Source: Gemmatimonadales bacterium (GTDB lineage Bacteria > Gemmatimonadota > Gemmatimonadetes > Gemmatimonadales > GWC2-71-9). Taken from it: a stretch of 64,000 nt of DNA. Below are positions 1-8,774 of this stretch, piece by piece; position 1 is the stretch's first letter, and each line of letters opens with the position of its first letter. Below the pieces are notes generated by a model. The model was given only the letters and a program-made list of their open reading frames with translations, was not told the origin of the DNA and searched no databases. The translations under genes and the position numbers were made by a program. Where the stretch lies: contig OZ252244.1 of NCBI GenBank assembly GCA_965249575.1, positions 2,720,001 through 2,784,000 on the forward strand. The letters are read 5' to 3'.

Positions 1-232
1 CAGCTTGTACTTCGTACACGCGGCCCTTCCGGTCGCGGATGCGGCTTCCTGGCGCAGTATGGCCCTTTCGGCGGTCAGAATTCAATGCGTCTCCACGGAG
101 AAGCCGTTGGAATCCCATGTCGACCGCTCTCGTCGGACTCGGCGGATACCCGTACCGAAGCTCCTCGACGATGGCATCGACCCGATACGCGACCGAATCA
201 AACGCCGTGGCACTGCGGCGGCCTCCACTCAT
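1..232 (-). CDS. Phage hypothetical protein, 3'-partial
   Basis: ATG at 232 overlaps the TGA of the upstream ORF (ATGA); frame MSGGRRSATAFDSVAYRV... stays open to the window edge. Confidence 0.55.
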   Translation of the reverse strand, partial: MSGGRRSATAFDSVAYRVDAIVEELRYGYPPSPTRAVDMGFQRLLRGDALNSDRRKGHTAPGSRIRDRKGRVYEVQA

Positions 233-480
233 CGCCTCAAACGGTTCAGCCCACCGGGGAAGAGATCGTCCGGCCCGACGATGCGGTTCTTCTTTTTTGC
301 GTCGCGCGCGTTGGCCATCCGGTCGATCACCCGCGCTGCCCGTCGGAGCATGCCGTGGCAGAGCAGGTCGTTGTTCAGGAGATCGTCGGTGCCTCCCACC
401 CCCGTGTGGCCCGTCTCGAGGTCCTGCTCGATCACGAGCCGCACCTTCTGGGGCGACGCCTGGTCCCGTTCCTCGCTCAT
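229..480 (-). CDS. Phage hypothetical protein (83 aa)
   Basis: GGAGG RBS, starts 12 nt after the terminase stop, coupled to the next ORF. Confidence 0.65.
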   Translation of the reverse strand: MSEERDQASPQKVRLVIEQDLETGHTGVGGTDDLLNNDLLCHGMLRRAARVIDRMANARDAKKKNRIVGPDDLFPGGLNRLRR

Positions 481-492
481 GTCACCGCCTCC

Positions 493-2061
493 TCACAGCA
501 CGAACCCACCGTACTCCTCGTATTCGTAGACCTCTTCCTGCGCAGCCTGACCACGGTCGAACTCGGCGAACGCGAGCATCGCGCTGTCGGCGCGGTCTGG
601 GCTGCGCCCGAGTCGTTCCCTCGTGAGCTTCTTTTCCTCGATCTTAAACCGACCGTGGAGGTCGCGTTCCCAGTGAATGGCTGCCAGCTCGTCCTTCAAC
701 GCCTCGAGTTCGCGACGACCACGGTCGTCCTGCGGCGGTCGCAGCGCCACGGTCCCGCGCAGGAATCGCTCGCGCAGGAGGCCAGCGAGCTCGTCACGGA
801 GGATCTTGTACCGGTCGGCGTCGATCGCCTTCTCGCCCACCCGCACGGACGTGACGTCGTACTCCTCCGCGATCAGCACGCTCGCCGCCCCCGCACCGAT
901 ACCCGTCCCGTCGATGTTGGCTCGGGACCCCTTGGGTGCTCGCTTGAAGAAGTCCTTGAGCGTGGCCACCAGCCGCGCGATGTCCCGATCGTCGGCCATC
1001 GGTTTTCGGCTCGAGATCTCCTCGAGGAGGCTGCCGGCACGCGTCGTGACGGCCGAGCGATCGCGGCGCTCACCGACGTCGACGCCGAACACGCGCGGGG
1101 TCTCGGGTCCCGGGCGCCAGCGGTTTGGATCCTCGTCATACCGCTTGAGGGCCGCATCGAACGCCACGCGGGGGATGAGGGTCTCGTGCGTCTCCTCGGG
1201 GAACTCCGCATCGCAGCGTGAGCGCCAGTAGCTCGACTCTTCCCCGAACTCGTCGCGGACGCCGTTGATCCACCCGACCGTCACCGCCCCAGGGACGAGC
1301 TCTTCCTTCTCCGTCACGTTGGGGTGATCCCAGACGGGGATCTTGATCGTCTGATGGACGCCCGGCTCGTTCGGGCGGCGGCAGGAGCGGAAGAACGGCG
1401 TATCGGGTGCCGTGGGGTTCGCGAGGTTGAGTCGCCGGTTCTCGGCACCGGTGGTGAGGGAGCCCAACGACTCCCAGAGCGGCTGGCGAATCGCATTGGC
1501 CTCGTCCACGATGACGAGCAGACGTGGGTGATGCTCACCGACCGCCGCATCGGGATTCCAATCAGGGGCGGCGAAGCCATAGCCATAGTGCCACGCCGTG
1601 ACAGTGAGCTGGGTGACGTCACACCGGCCGGACGCGTTCCCATGCCGGGCGACCAACCGGTCGTGCGCACGATTGATCTCCTTCCAGAGGAGACGCCGCA
1701 CCTGGCGATGGCCTGGAGCGGTCGAGACGAAGGCACCGCCCCGACCGAACACCCACCACGCCGCGAGCCCGCCAGCGATCCACGTCTTCCCCACGCCGTG
1801 GCCGGCCGGCACATCAGTCACCCGGTTCTCGAGCACACTCTCGGCGACCGCTTCGAGATTGGGGTAGAGGTTCCGGGCCCCGAGCTCGTCGACGAGAAAG
1901 CCGACGGGATCGTTCTCGTATCGTGCCAGAGCGGGGATGGGCGGGACGCCGAGCTCGCCGGCTCGCTCCTCGCCGGCGGTCGCGATCGCCGCGGCACCGA
2001 CGAACACGGCGGCGGGTCCGCTTGAGGCGAAACGACCGAGGGGGTTCTGGACGGCGCGCAC
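493..2061 (-). CDS. Phage terminase large subunit
   Basis: Walker A VPAGHGVGKT, Walker B LVIVDEA, coupling motif LANP, nuclease motifs FGVDVG and SPDRADS. Confidence 0.9.
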   Translation of the reverse strand: MRAVQNPLGRFASSGPAAVFVGAAAIATAGEERAGELGVPPIPALARYENDPVGFLVDELGARNLYPNLEAVAESVLENRVTDVPAGHGVGKTWIAGGLAAWWVFGRGGAFVSTAPGHRQVRRLLWKEINRAHDRLVARHGNASGRCDVTQLTVTAWHYGYGFAAPDWNPDAAVGEHHPRLLVIVDEANAIRQPLWESLGSLTTGAENRRLNLANPTAPDTPFFRSCRRPNEPGVHQTIKIPVWDHPNVTEKEELVPGAVTVGWINGVRDEFGEESSYWRSRCDAEFPEETHETLIPRVAFDAALKRYDEDPNRWRPGPETPRVFGVDVGERRDRSAVTTRAGSLLEEISSRKPMADDRDIARLVATLKDFFKRAPKGSRANIDGTGIGAGAASVLIAEEYDVTSVRVGEKAIDADRYKILRDELAGLLRERFLRGTVALRPPQDDRGRRELEALKDELAAIHWERDLHGRFKIEEKKLTRERLGRSPDRADSAMLAFAEFDRGQAAQEEVYEYEEYGGFVL

Positions 2062-2064
2062 GGA

Positions 2065-2811
2065 CTACCGCTTCGTGAACGGCAGGCGCCGCATGAGGGA
2101 TGGGTCGATCTCGACGGCGCGTCCTTGTGACAGCAGCCGCATCTTTTCGACGAACTCCGTCAGCCGTGCTCGCTCGGTGATCGCCTGCATCGCGACGGCG
2201 GCGATGATCGCCCCGAGCTGCATTGCCTGATCGACGGAGATCATGAGGTGCTCAGATTCCCGCTTCCGCGCTTCAGCGGTCTTGAGCCGGGCCAGCAACT
2301 CGTGACAGGCGGCGATATCCTGCCACGCCGTCTCGTGGGTGGCCGCGTTGAGCACGATGGTCTCGAGTTCCTGCAGCCTGTCCCCGATCGCGCTCTCTTT
2401 CGCGGCTGTCGGCTTGCCACTCCGCAGTTTGACAAGTTGTGGCACCAGCGCCCGGCAGCGGAGCCACGCCTTGGCAGTCTCACCGTGATCCTTGAGCCGC
2501 GCGACGAGTTCGTGTTCGCGAGCGGTCCACACCCGAATCTGCTCCTCGAGAGAGACCAACTCCTCCTCGGTCTGTGCTCGGAGGTAGCCTTTGAGGAGCA
2601 CGCCACCAAAGAACTCCTCGAACCACTTCGAGTGCTTCCCGGTCTTGAAGCTCGCGGAGGCCGGCCCCCGTGGTGACTTGCCGCCGTGCAACTTGCAGCG
2701 ACCGTCGCCGGGGTGATCGGTGCCCCAGCCCGCACCCTGCTCACAGATGCCGCGGCCCTGCTTCTTGTTCGCGCCGCATTTCGGGCCGCCATGGACTCTC
2801 TTGATCGTCAT
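2065..2811 (-). CDS. HGGxSTG-type protein, probable terminase small subunit
   Basis: CGA..C..GRCKLHGGKS N-terminal motif followed by a helical region; directly upstream of TerL. Confidence 0.75.
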   Translation of the reverse strand: MTIKRVHGGPKCGANKKQGRGICEQGAGWGTDHPGDGRCKLHGGKSPRGPASASFKTGKHSKWFEEFFGGVLLKGYLRAQTEEELVSLEEQIRVWTAREHELVARLKDHGETAKAWLRCRALVPQLVKLRSGKPTAAKESAIGDRLQELETIVLNAATHETAWQDIAACHELLARLKTAEARKRESEHLMISVDQAMQLGAIIAAVAMQAITERARLTEFVEKMRLLSQGRAVEIDPSLMRRLPFTKR

Positions 2812-2921
2812 AGAGTGGTCACGGGATCACGCCCACCACCCAGATGGCGAGCCCCCACCAACACGAGGTAGAGCAGCCCGCCAAGCAGGATGAGCAGCCG
2901 GTCCGTCCGGGTATCCGTCAT
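2808..2921 (-). CDS. Small membrane peptide (37 aa, MTDTRTDRLLILLGGLLYLVLVG...)
   Basis: One hydrophobic helix; its TGA overlaps the ATG of the TerS-like gene. Confidence 0.45.
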   Translation of the reverse strand: MTDTRTDRLLILLGGLLYLVLVGARHLGGGRDPVTTL

Positions 2922-3054
2922 GCCTCGGTTCCAGTCCTGTTCCAGTTTCGGGTGCGATATTCGACCGAGTCGGGCCGATTGTGGCAGATAGGCGTCAGGC
3001 TAACTAATGAATACACAGGAACTTCGACGAAACGGGCAATCCCGAGGGATGTGT

Positions 3055-3083
3055 GGTCGTCGGTTCGAGTCCGACCGGTGGCT
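3055..3083 (+). other. tRNA 3'-half fragment (tRNA-Thr-like), putative attR core
   Basis: GGTC-GTCGG-TTCGAGT-CCGAC-CGGTGGC-T gives a perfect T-arm, an acceptor 3' strand and a U discriminator; no 5' half upstream. Confidence 0.7.
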
Positions 3084-3175
3084 TGTTCCCCCCTTACAGC
3101 TCTTCTCTCGAATTGCCGGCCGGCCCATTGGTGGGATCCGGGCGGCGCATTGCCCAAGCCTCTACCGGTGCCAGG

Positions 3176-3688
3176 TCACGCCGAGGGGTCCAATTCCAGC
3201 TCTTCTGCGAACGCTTCGATGATGTGTGTGAAACTTCGCGGGCCGAACGTGGCCACCGCCACGGGTAGGCCCGACATGGAATCCAGTTGGATCACGTCGC
3301 CGACAGAACGTGACTGCCCGTCCTGCGCGACTACCTGACAGGCGATTCTCCACGTCCCCGCCGCCTCGGTCACGGACAGCCGGATTTCGAGTCCCTTGGG
3401 AATGCCCCGTCGGCTCCCGAAAGCCATGCTCTCGGCATCCCGGGAGAGGATCCGCCAGCCGTTGGCTTTGAACCAATCGTCAATCGCGTCCGGCGTGACG
3501 CGGCGATTGTTGTTGCCCGGCGTCAGTTGTTGCTCCCCACGCGAACGAAGTCCCGTGGCTCGAGGACCACAATCGGATGGCGTGTCGCAAGACGGGGCGG
3601 CATGCGGTCGGCGCCAGGGCGGGCCACCGTTAAGCGATTCCCACCCGCCGCAACGGAGACGGAGCGGGGGCACTGGTGGCGTGCGCAC
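3176..3688 (-). CDS. Hypothetical protein (start uncertain, probably near 3500)
   Basis: C-terminal ~105 aa look protein-like (DAIDDWFKANGWRIL...); the 5' part overlaps the next ORF. Confidence 0.35.
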   Translation of the reverse strand: MRTPPVPPLRLRCGGWESLNGGPPWRRPHAAPSCDTPSDCGPRATGLRSRGEQQLTPGNNNRRVTPDAIDDWFKANGWRILSRDAESMAFGSRRGIPKGLEIRLSVTEAAGTWRIACQVVAQDGQSRSVGDVIQLDSMSGLPVAVATFGPRSFTHIIEAFAEELELDPSA

Positions 3689-3771
3689 TCACTCGATCGG
3701 CGATTGGTCCACACCGTGAGCGCGGCGCCACCCATGAACCAGAGAAGGGCGGTCAGCAGGAGCTCGTCCAT
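3523..3771 (-). CDS. Small hypothetical protein with N-terminal membrane anchor
   Basis: GGAGAGAGG upstream; MDELLLTALLWFMGGAALTVW. Confidence 0.45.
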   Translation of the reverse strand: MDELLLTALLWFMGGAALTVWTNRRSSECARHQCPRSVSVAAGGNRLTVARPGADRMPPRLATRHPIVVLEPRDFVRVGSNN

Positions 3772-3989
3772 AAATCCAATTGTCACCTCTCTCCTGGAGA
3801 ACGACCGAACCACGCCGGCAGTTTCGTGGGCCGGTCGGTTTCCCGTCAGGCGTGGGCCCGTAGCGGTTCGGTCTCTCCCGTTGAGCGCAGTTTCCGGGCC
3901 ACCTCGTCGAAGGGATTGGGGGTATGGAGTATGGGCTGTTGGATGCTCGGCACACGTCGGCCAGGTGGCCCGCGTGGGGGAGGGCCAGC

Positions 3990-4019
3990 TTGCCGGTGGC
4001 CGGTCAGCCCGTATATACT
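3990..4019 (+). promoter_or_regulatory. Putative sigma70 promoter of the aroF leader
   Basis: TTGCCG (3990-3995), 18 nt, TATACT (4014-4019). Confidence 0.55.
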
Positions 4020-4029
4020 TGCGAGCGAT

Positions 4030-4116
4030 ATGCGCGACCACCTGTGCGCTCAGGCGTGGGCCCGATACCCATACCGACTCAGTATTTGGGGGTCGCTGGT
4101 GAGCGTGCGCGTGTGA
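4030..4116 (+). CDS. Putative leader peptide MRDHLCAQAWARYPYRLSIWGSLVSVRV
   Basis: Short ORF with 2 Trp and 2 Tyr codons between the promoter and the terminator upstream of DAHP synthase. Confidence 0.55.
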   Translation: MRDHLCAQAWARYPYRLSIWGSLVSVRV

Positions 4117-4145
4117 TTCCAAAGTAGGTAGCCGCCAACCACCTG

Positions 4146-4177
4146 ACGACCCCGCTCTGGCGGGGCGTTTTCGTTTT
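4146..4177 (+). terminator. Intrinsic terminator/attenuator upstream of aroF
   Basis: ACG-A-CCCCGC TCTG GCGGGG-CGT hairpin followed by TTTCGTTTT, ending 14 nt before the start codon. Confidence 0.75.
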
Positions 4178-4190
4178 GGGGGGCCGAACA

Positions 4191-5216
4191 GTGGTCATTG
4201 TTCTCAGACACGACGCGACCGATACCGACCTGGCCAACGTAGTCGCTCGAGTCACCGAGTTGGGGCTCAAGCCGCACGTCTCACGAGGTGAAAATCGCGC
4301 GATCGTCGGTTGTATCGGCGATGAGAATCGCTTGCGAGACCTCGCGCTCTTGTCGATGCAGGGGGTGGAGACCGTCCTGACTGTCGACAAGCCATACAAG
4401 CTGGCCAGCCGGGAATTCGCCGCTCAGCCAACGGTGGTGGAGTTGGGCGGGGCGCATGTGGGGAATGGGGACTTCGCTGTCATCGCGGGCCCCTGCTCGG
4501 TCGAGGGGCCCGACATGCTACTCGAGACCGCGGTTGCCGTCAAGGAAGCTGGTGCAGTCGCGCTGAGGGGGGGTGCATTCAAGCCTCGGACCTCACCGTA
4601 CTCGTTCCGTGGCCTCGGCAAAATGGCCCTGGAGTTGCTCGCCGACGTGAGAGAAAAGACCGGGCTCCCTATTGTGACGGAGGTAATGGACACGCGCCAT
4701 GTTGGCTTGGTCGGTGACTTTGCGGACGTGCTTCAGGTAGGGGCTCGAAACATGCAAAACTTCGCGTTGCTGAGCGAGGTTGGGGAGTCTGGGAAGCCGG
4801 TGCTGCTCAAGCGGGGCATGTCGGCTACACTCGAGGATTTTCTGCTCGCGGCCGAGTATATCCTGAGCTGCAACAACTCTCAGGTCTTGCTGTGCGAGCG
4901 GGGGATTCGGACCTTCGAGCGGGCGTCTCGGAACACGCTCGATATCGGTGCGATACCGATCCTCAAGTCAGAAACGCACTTACCGGTGCTGGTCGATCCC
5001 TCGCACGCTGGGGGGCGCCGAGATCTGGTTCGGCCTCTTTCGCTTGCCGCTGTCGCGGCCGGGGCGGACGGTCTGATGGTGGAGGTGCACCCGGATCCTG
5101 ATCGGGCGAGGAGCGACGGGGACCAGAGTATTGATTTCGCGGCGTTCTCGAGCCTGATGGTACAGGTGTCGGCCGTTCGCGACACCTGCCTTTCGGGGTT
5201 TGCTTCGCAGCGCTGA
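4191..5216 (+). CDS. aroF: 3-deoxy-7-phosphoheptulonate (DAHP) synthase, type I-beta with N-terminal regulatory domain
   Basis: [46 protein letters not shown] motifs; likely GTG start at 4191. Confidence 0.95.
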   Translation: MVIVLRHDATDTDLANVVARVTELGLKPHVSRGENRAIVGCIGDENRLRDLALLSMQGVETVLTVDKPYKLASREFAAQPTVVELGGAHVGNGDFAVIAGPCSVEGPDMLLETAVAVKEAGAVALRGGAFKPRTSPYSFRGLGKMALELLADVREKTGLPIVTEVMDTRHVGLVGDFADVLQVGARNMQNFALLSEVGESGKPVLLKRGMSATLEDFLLAAEYILSCNNSQVLLCERGIRTFERASRNTLDIGAIPILKSETHLPVLVDPSHAGGRRDLVRPLSLAAVAAGADGLMVEVHPDPDRARSDGDQSIDFAAFSSLMVQVSAVRDTCLSGFASQR

Positions 5217-5707
5217 GGCCGCGTGAGGCGGAAAAGTGACCTGAAACACTTGCGTGTCTCTTCTGCCCTCGTACTATTGGAGCGTTTTGACGCAGGCACG
5301 TAAACGAATCGGGGAGTTGGAATGCTTGAGAGCTTCGGATTTCAATCTCGTACCGCGGATCGCCGCTCCAACCAACGGCGGTCAAGGATGGGACCGCCGG
5401 GCCGGTGATGAGCGCCGAAGCACGGACCGCCGCGCCATCAGAGTGAGGAGGTCGCCCCCGACCGCCGGGCGGGAGCGGACCGCCGCGACCTGACCCGCAG
5501 GCGCCCGTCCCCCACGCGGCGGGGCGGTCCGGAGCGCCGGGCCGTGCCGGACCGCCGCCGCTCGGCATGGAGGGTTTCTAGGAGGGGAGTAGGCAGGCAG
5601 AGTCACTTCTGTTTCCGCCACCCTCGAGCCTCCGCATCCCGGAACACGTCCCCCCCCCGCTCGAGGCGGAGTAACCCCCGCCCAGATCACCCCACACGCT
5701 CCCTTGG

Positions 5708-6604
5708 CTACTCAAGAGTATCTGCTAGTGCCGCTTCCAGCTCCGGAAACCGAAAACGATATCCCGCTGCGACGGCGCGAGCCGGCGTCGCCCGCGGAAC
5801 GTTGAGCAGGGCTTCCGCCGCTTCGCCCAGCCCGAGATGCAGCGCCCACGCTGGAACGCGCAGAAGGGCGGGGCGCCGGAGCGCGCGTCCCAATACGGTG
5901 GTGAACTGTTGCACCGTGACGGGATCGGGCACCGTCACGTTAATTGCCCCGCCAACGCCGCGGTCGATCGCCATGAGAATGATTGCTACCGCATCGACAA
6001 CATGCACCCACGGCCACCACAAGCGGCCGCTGCCCCACGGTCCCCCTAGTCCGAGTTTGAAGATGGGGAGCATTGGCGGCAACACGGCTCCTAGAAGCGG
6101 TGCGCTCCGCAACACGGTGACCTGACAGGCGTCTTCGGCGCCGCGCGCCGCGTCTTCCCACTCAACCGCGAGACGCGCGAGGAAGTCCGAGCCCGGTGGA
6201 GCACTCTCGTCCACCTTGTTGTCCCCACGGCTGCCGTAATATCCGACCGCTGACGCACTGATGAGTGCGCTTGGGCGTCCCCTTGCGTTGTGGATCGCAT
6301 CGACGACGTTCTGTGTCGCATCGACGCGGCTGCTTTTCAGTCGGGCCTTACGTGCTCGTGTCCACCGGTACGGTGGATCAACGATCCGTTCTCCGACCAG
6401 GTTGATGACGACGTCCGCCTTGGCGATCTCATCCTGCCATGGTCCGGGATTGGTTGGGTCCCCTCGAATGAAGCGAGCCCGCGAATGCCGCCAAGGGTCG
6501 CGAGCGCCGCGCGATAGTATGACGCATTCGTCACCGCGCTCGAGCAGCGCGCGTACGAGATGCCCACCGATATAGCCTGTGCCCCCGGTCAAGAAATGGC
6601 GCAT
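5708..6604 (-). CDS. TIGR01777-family NAD-dependent epimerase/oxidoreductase
   Basis: TGGTGYIG, VINLVGE, SASAVGYYG, LGLGGPWGSG, GYRFRFPEL. Confidence 0.9.
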   Translation of the reverse strand: MRHFLTGGTGYIGGHLVRALLERGDECVILSRGARDPWRHSRARFIRGDPTNPGPWQDEIAKADVVINLVGERIVDPPYRWTRARKARLKSSRVDATQNVVDAIHNARGRPSALISASAVGYYGSRGDNKVDESAPPGSDFLARLAVEWEDAARGAEDACQVTVLRSAPLLGAVLPPMLPIFKLGLGGPWGSGRLWWPWVHVVDAVAIILMAIDRGVGGAINVTVPDPVTVQQFTTVLGRALRRPALLRVPAWALHLGLGEAAEALLNVPRATPARAVAAGYRFRFPELEAALADTLE

Positions 6605-6784
6605 ACCGGTCGCTGCCAAACTGGCATACAGTTCGAAATGACATGTTGCGATTGCTGGACCAGGCGTCTACACTCCCGGTTATATTTCTTCACTAGACCA
6701 GCGAGAAAAGACGAGGAAACTGCCTAGCAGAACCACCACGATTTGCGGCCATGGCTGCGAGTTACTCCGCGAAGGAGGCGGCTC

Positions 6785-7945
6785 ATGAAAGTACGTTACA
6801 TCACCCGCCTGTCCAAGCTCGATCGGCTCACGCCAGACGAGCGGCAACGGCTGGAACCCGTAGCAGATCGTTACGCATTCCGACTAAATGATTACTACGC
6901 GGGGTTGATCAACTGGGACGACCCGGAGGACCCGATTCGTCGTTTGGTCATCCCCCACGAAAACGAGCTCACCGAATGGGGCAAGCTCGACGCGAGCAGC
7001 GAGGCGAGCTATACCCCCGTGCGTGGCTGCCAGCACAAGTACAACGACACGGCGCTTTTGCTGGTGAATGAGGTGTGTGGCGCGTACTGCCGGTACTGCT
7101 TCCGCAAGCGCCTTTTCATGAACGACAACGACGATGCCTCGACCGATATCTCGGCGGGCATCGCCTACATCGCGGAGCACGAGGAGATCACCAACGTGCT
7201 CCTGACGGGTGGTGATCCGCTCATTCTGTCGACTCGCCGTCTGAAGGAGATTTTCGATAGTGTGGGGGCGATCCCGCACGTGCGGGTTATTCGGGTAGGG
7301 ACGAAGATGGTCGCTTTCAATCCGTTCAGGGTGCTGGACGATACGGAGTTGCCTGCCGTGATCCGCGAGCAGTGCGAATCGGGTACGCAGATCTACTTCA
7401 TGAACCATTTCGACCACCCGCGCGAGCTCACCCGTGAGGCGCGTGAGGCCCTGCGCCGCCTTCTAGAGGCGGGTGCGCAGATCGTGAACCAGTGTCCAAT
7501 CATCCGCGGGGTAAACGACCGTCCGCAAATCTTCGCAACGTTGTTCCGCGAGTTGTCGTTCGCCGGTTGTCCACCGTACTACGTGTTCCAGGGTCGGCCG
7601 ACCGCTGGCAATGCGCCATACGAGGTACCGATCGTAGAGGGGTTTGGCATCTTCACGGAAGCCAACCGCCGGGTATCCGGCCTTGCCAAGCGGGCCCGAT
7701 TTGCCATGTCCCACGAGACCGGAAAAATCGAAACTGTCGGGGTCGATGACCGATATATCTACATGCGGTACCACCGCTCCCACGATCCGGCCGATTTCGG
7801 AAAGATGGTTATCGCTCTACGCGATGATGACGCGTACTGGCTCGATCAACTGGTTTTGGTGGCGGGGCCGGACTCGGCAATGGCCTGCGCAGCCGGCCGC
7901 GCCGAACGAGAGCGCTTTAGCCCAAGGGCCCGAACGCTTGTTTAG
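6785..7945 (+). CDS. KamA-family radical SAM protein (lysine 2,3-aminomutase-like)
   Basis: HKY, CGAYCRYCFRK, LLTGGDPL, NHFDHPRE, PYYVFQ, GKIE; AGGAGG RBS before the ATG at 6785. Confidence 0.9.
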   Translation: MKVRYITRLSKLDRLTPDERQRLEPVADRYAFRLNDYYAGLINWDDPEDPIRRLVIPHENELTEWGKLDASSEASYTPVRGCQHKYNDTALLLVNEVCGAYCRYCFRKRLFMNDNDDASTDISAGIAYIAEHEEITNVLLTGGDPLILSTRRLKEIFDSVGAIPHVRVIRVGTKMVAFNPFRVLDDTELPAVIREQCESGTQIYFMNHFDHPRELTREAREALRRLLEAGAQIVNQCPIIRGVNDRPQIFATLFRELSFAGCPPYYVFQGRPTAGNAPYEVPIVEGFGIFTEANRRVSGLAKRARFAMSHETGKIETVGVDDRYIYMRYHRSHDPADFGKMVIALRDDDAYWLDQLVLVAGPDSAMACAAGRAERERFSPRARTLV

Positions 7946-8164
7946 AGCCGCGGCTGAGCCAAGCCGCAACACCCCATAACCGCGTACCCTGCCCGGTCGA
8001 ACGTTGGGGGGGGCGCCGTGACGGCGAGGCCTCTGAGCCTCGCCGTTCTTGTTAGCTTGCTGCTGGCGCCCGCCGAACCGGGCCATGCGTGCACGGATTG
8101 ACCGTGGCGCAGGGGTGGGCGGCGACTCGGGAGTCGAACTGCCCACAGATGGGGGTGGCGCACG

Positions 8165-8758
8165 ATGCCTGCCGCTGGAATCAAACTCGTCGCGTTTCTC
8201 GGATCGGCGCGGGAGAAGAGCTACACCGGGATGGCGCTGCGCCTGGTGCTCGACGAGCTCGAGCTGCATCGCGATGTAGAGGTAGAGGTGGTAGATGCCG
8301 CGCGTGTGACGCTTCCTGTTCCTGGAACGGCGGCGGCGACGGCCGATGTTCGACGAATGCAGGGGAGCGTACGGAGCGCCGCGGGCGTGATTTTCGCGAC
8401 ACCCGAGTACCACGGAAGCTTCAGTAGTGCTACCAAGCTTTTCATCGAGAATCTGGGGTTTCCCTCCGAGCTCGCGCAGAAACCGGTCGCGTTGCTCGGC
8501 GTTGCGGCGGGCCGCATCGGCGCGATCAAGTCGCTGGAACAGCTCCGGGGTGTTTGCTCCCATGTCGGCGCGATCGTGCTCCCGGGCGCCGTGTCCGTCG
8601 CCAACGTGCGTGAGGTATTTGACGAGAGCGGGCGCTGTTCAGATGCAACGACCGAGAAGCACGTACGTGGTGTTGCGACAAGCCTCCTCAACTACATCAG
8701 CGAACGGGTGTGTCCGGGCTTGTCCATCGAGCAGATGATGCGAGCCAAGTCGGGATAG
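8165..8758 (+). CDS. NADPH-dependent FMN reductase
   Basis: GSAREKSYT, ATPEYHGSFS..K, KPVALLG. Confidence 0.9.
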   Translation: MPAAGIKLVAFLGSAREKSYTGMALRLVLDELELHRDVEVEVVDAARVTLPVPGTAAATADVRRMQGSVRSAAGVIFATPEYHGSFSSATKLFIENLGFPSELAQKPVALLGVAAGRIGAIKSLEQLRGVCSHVGAIVLPGAVSVANVREVFDESGRCSDATTEKHVRGVATSLLNYISERVCPGLSIEQMMRAKSG

Positions 8759-8774
8759 CCAACTCGTCCGCTCG

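Larger units (their letters stand above)
1..3083. mobile_element. Prophage (or remnant), right-hand end; continues beyond the left window edge
   Basis: Tightly coupled minus-strand run with terminase large and small subunit genes, ending at a tRNA 3' fragment with arm-like repeats. Confidence 0.75.

Noticed and set aside
85..2025. Long plus-strand ORFs (85-1221, 1324-2025) and similar long antisense ORFs such as 45273-47240 and 12644-13606
   Set aside because: Shadow frames of real genes in GC-rich DNA; no family motifs
3010..3083. Complete tRNA gene
   Set aside because: No GCCACCG 5' acceptor strand, D-arm or anticodon arm upstream; only the 3' fragment is present
6620..6784. Riboswitch upstream of the KamA-like gene
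   Set aside because: No recognisable lysine/SAM aptamer motifs or terminator; needs an Rfam scan
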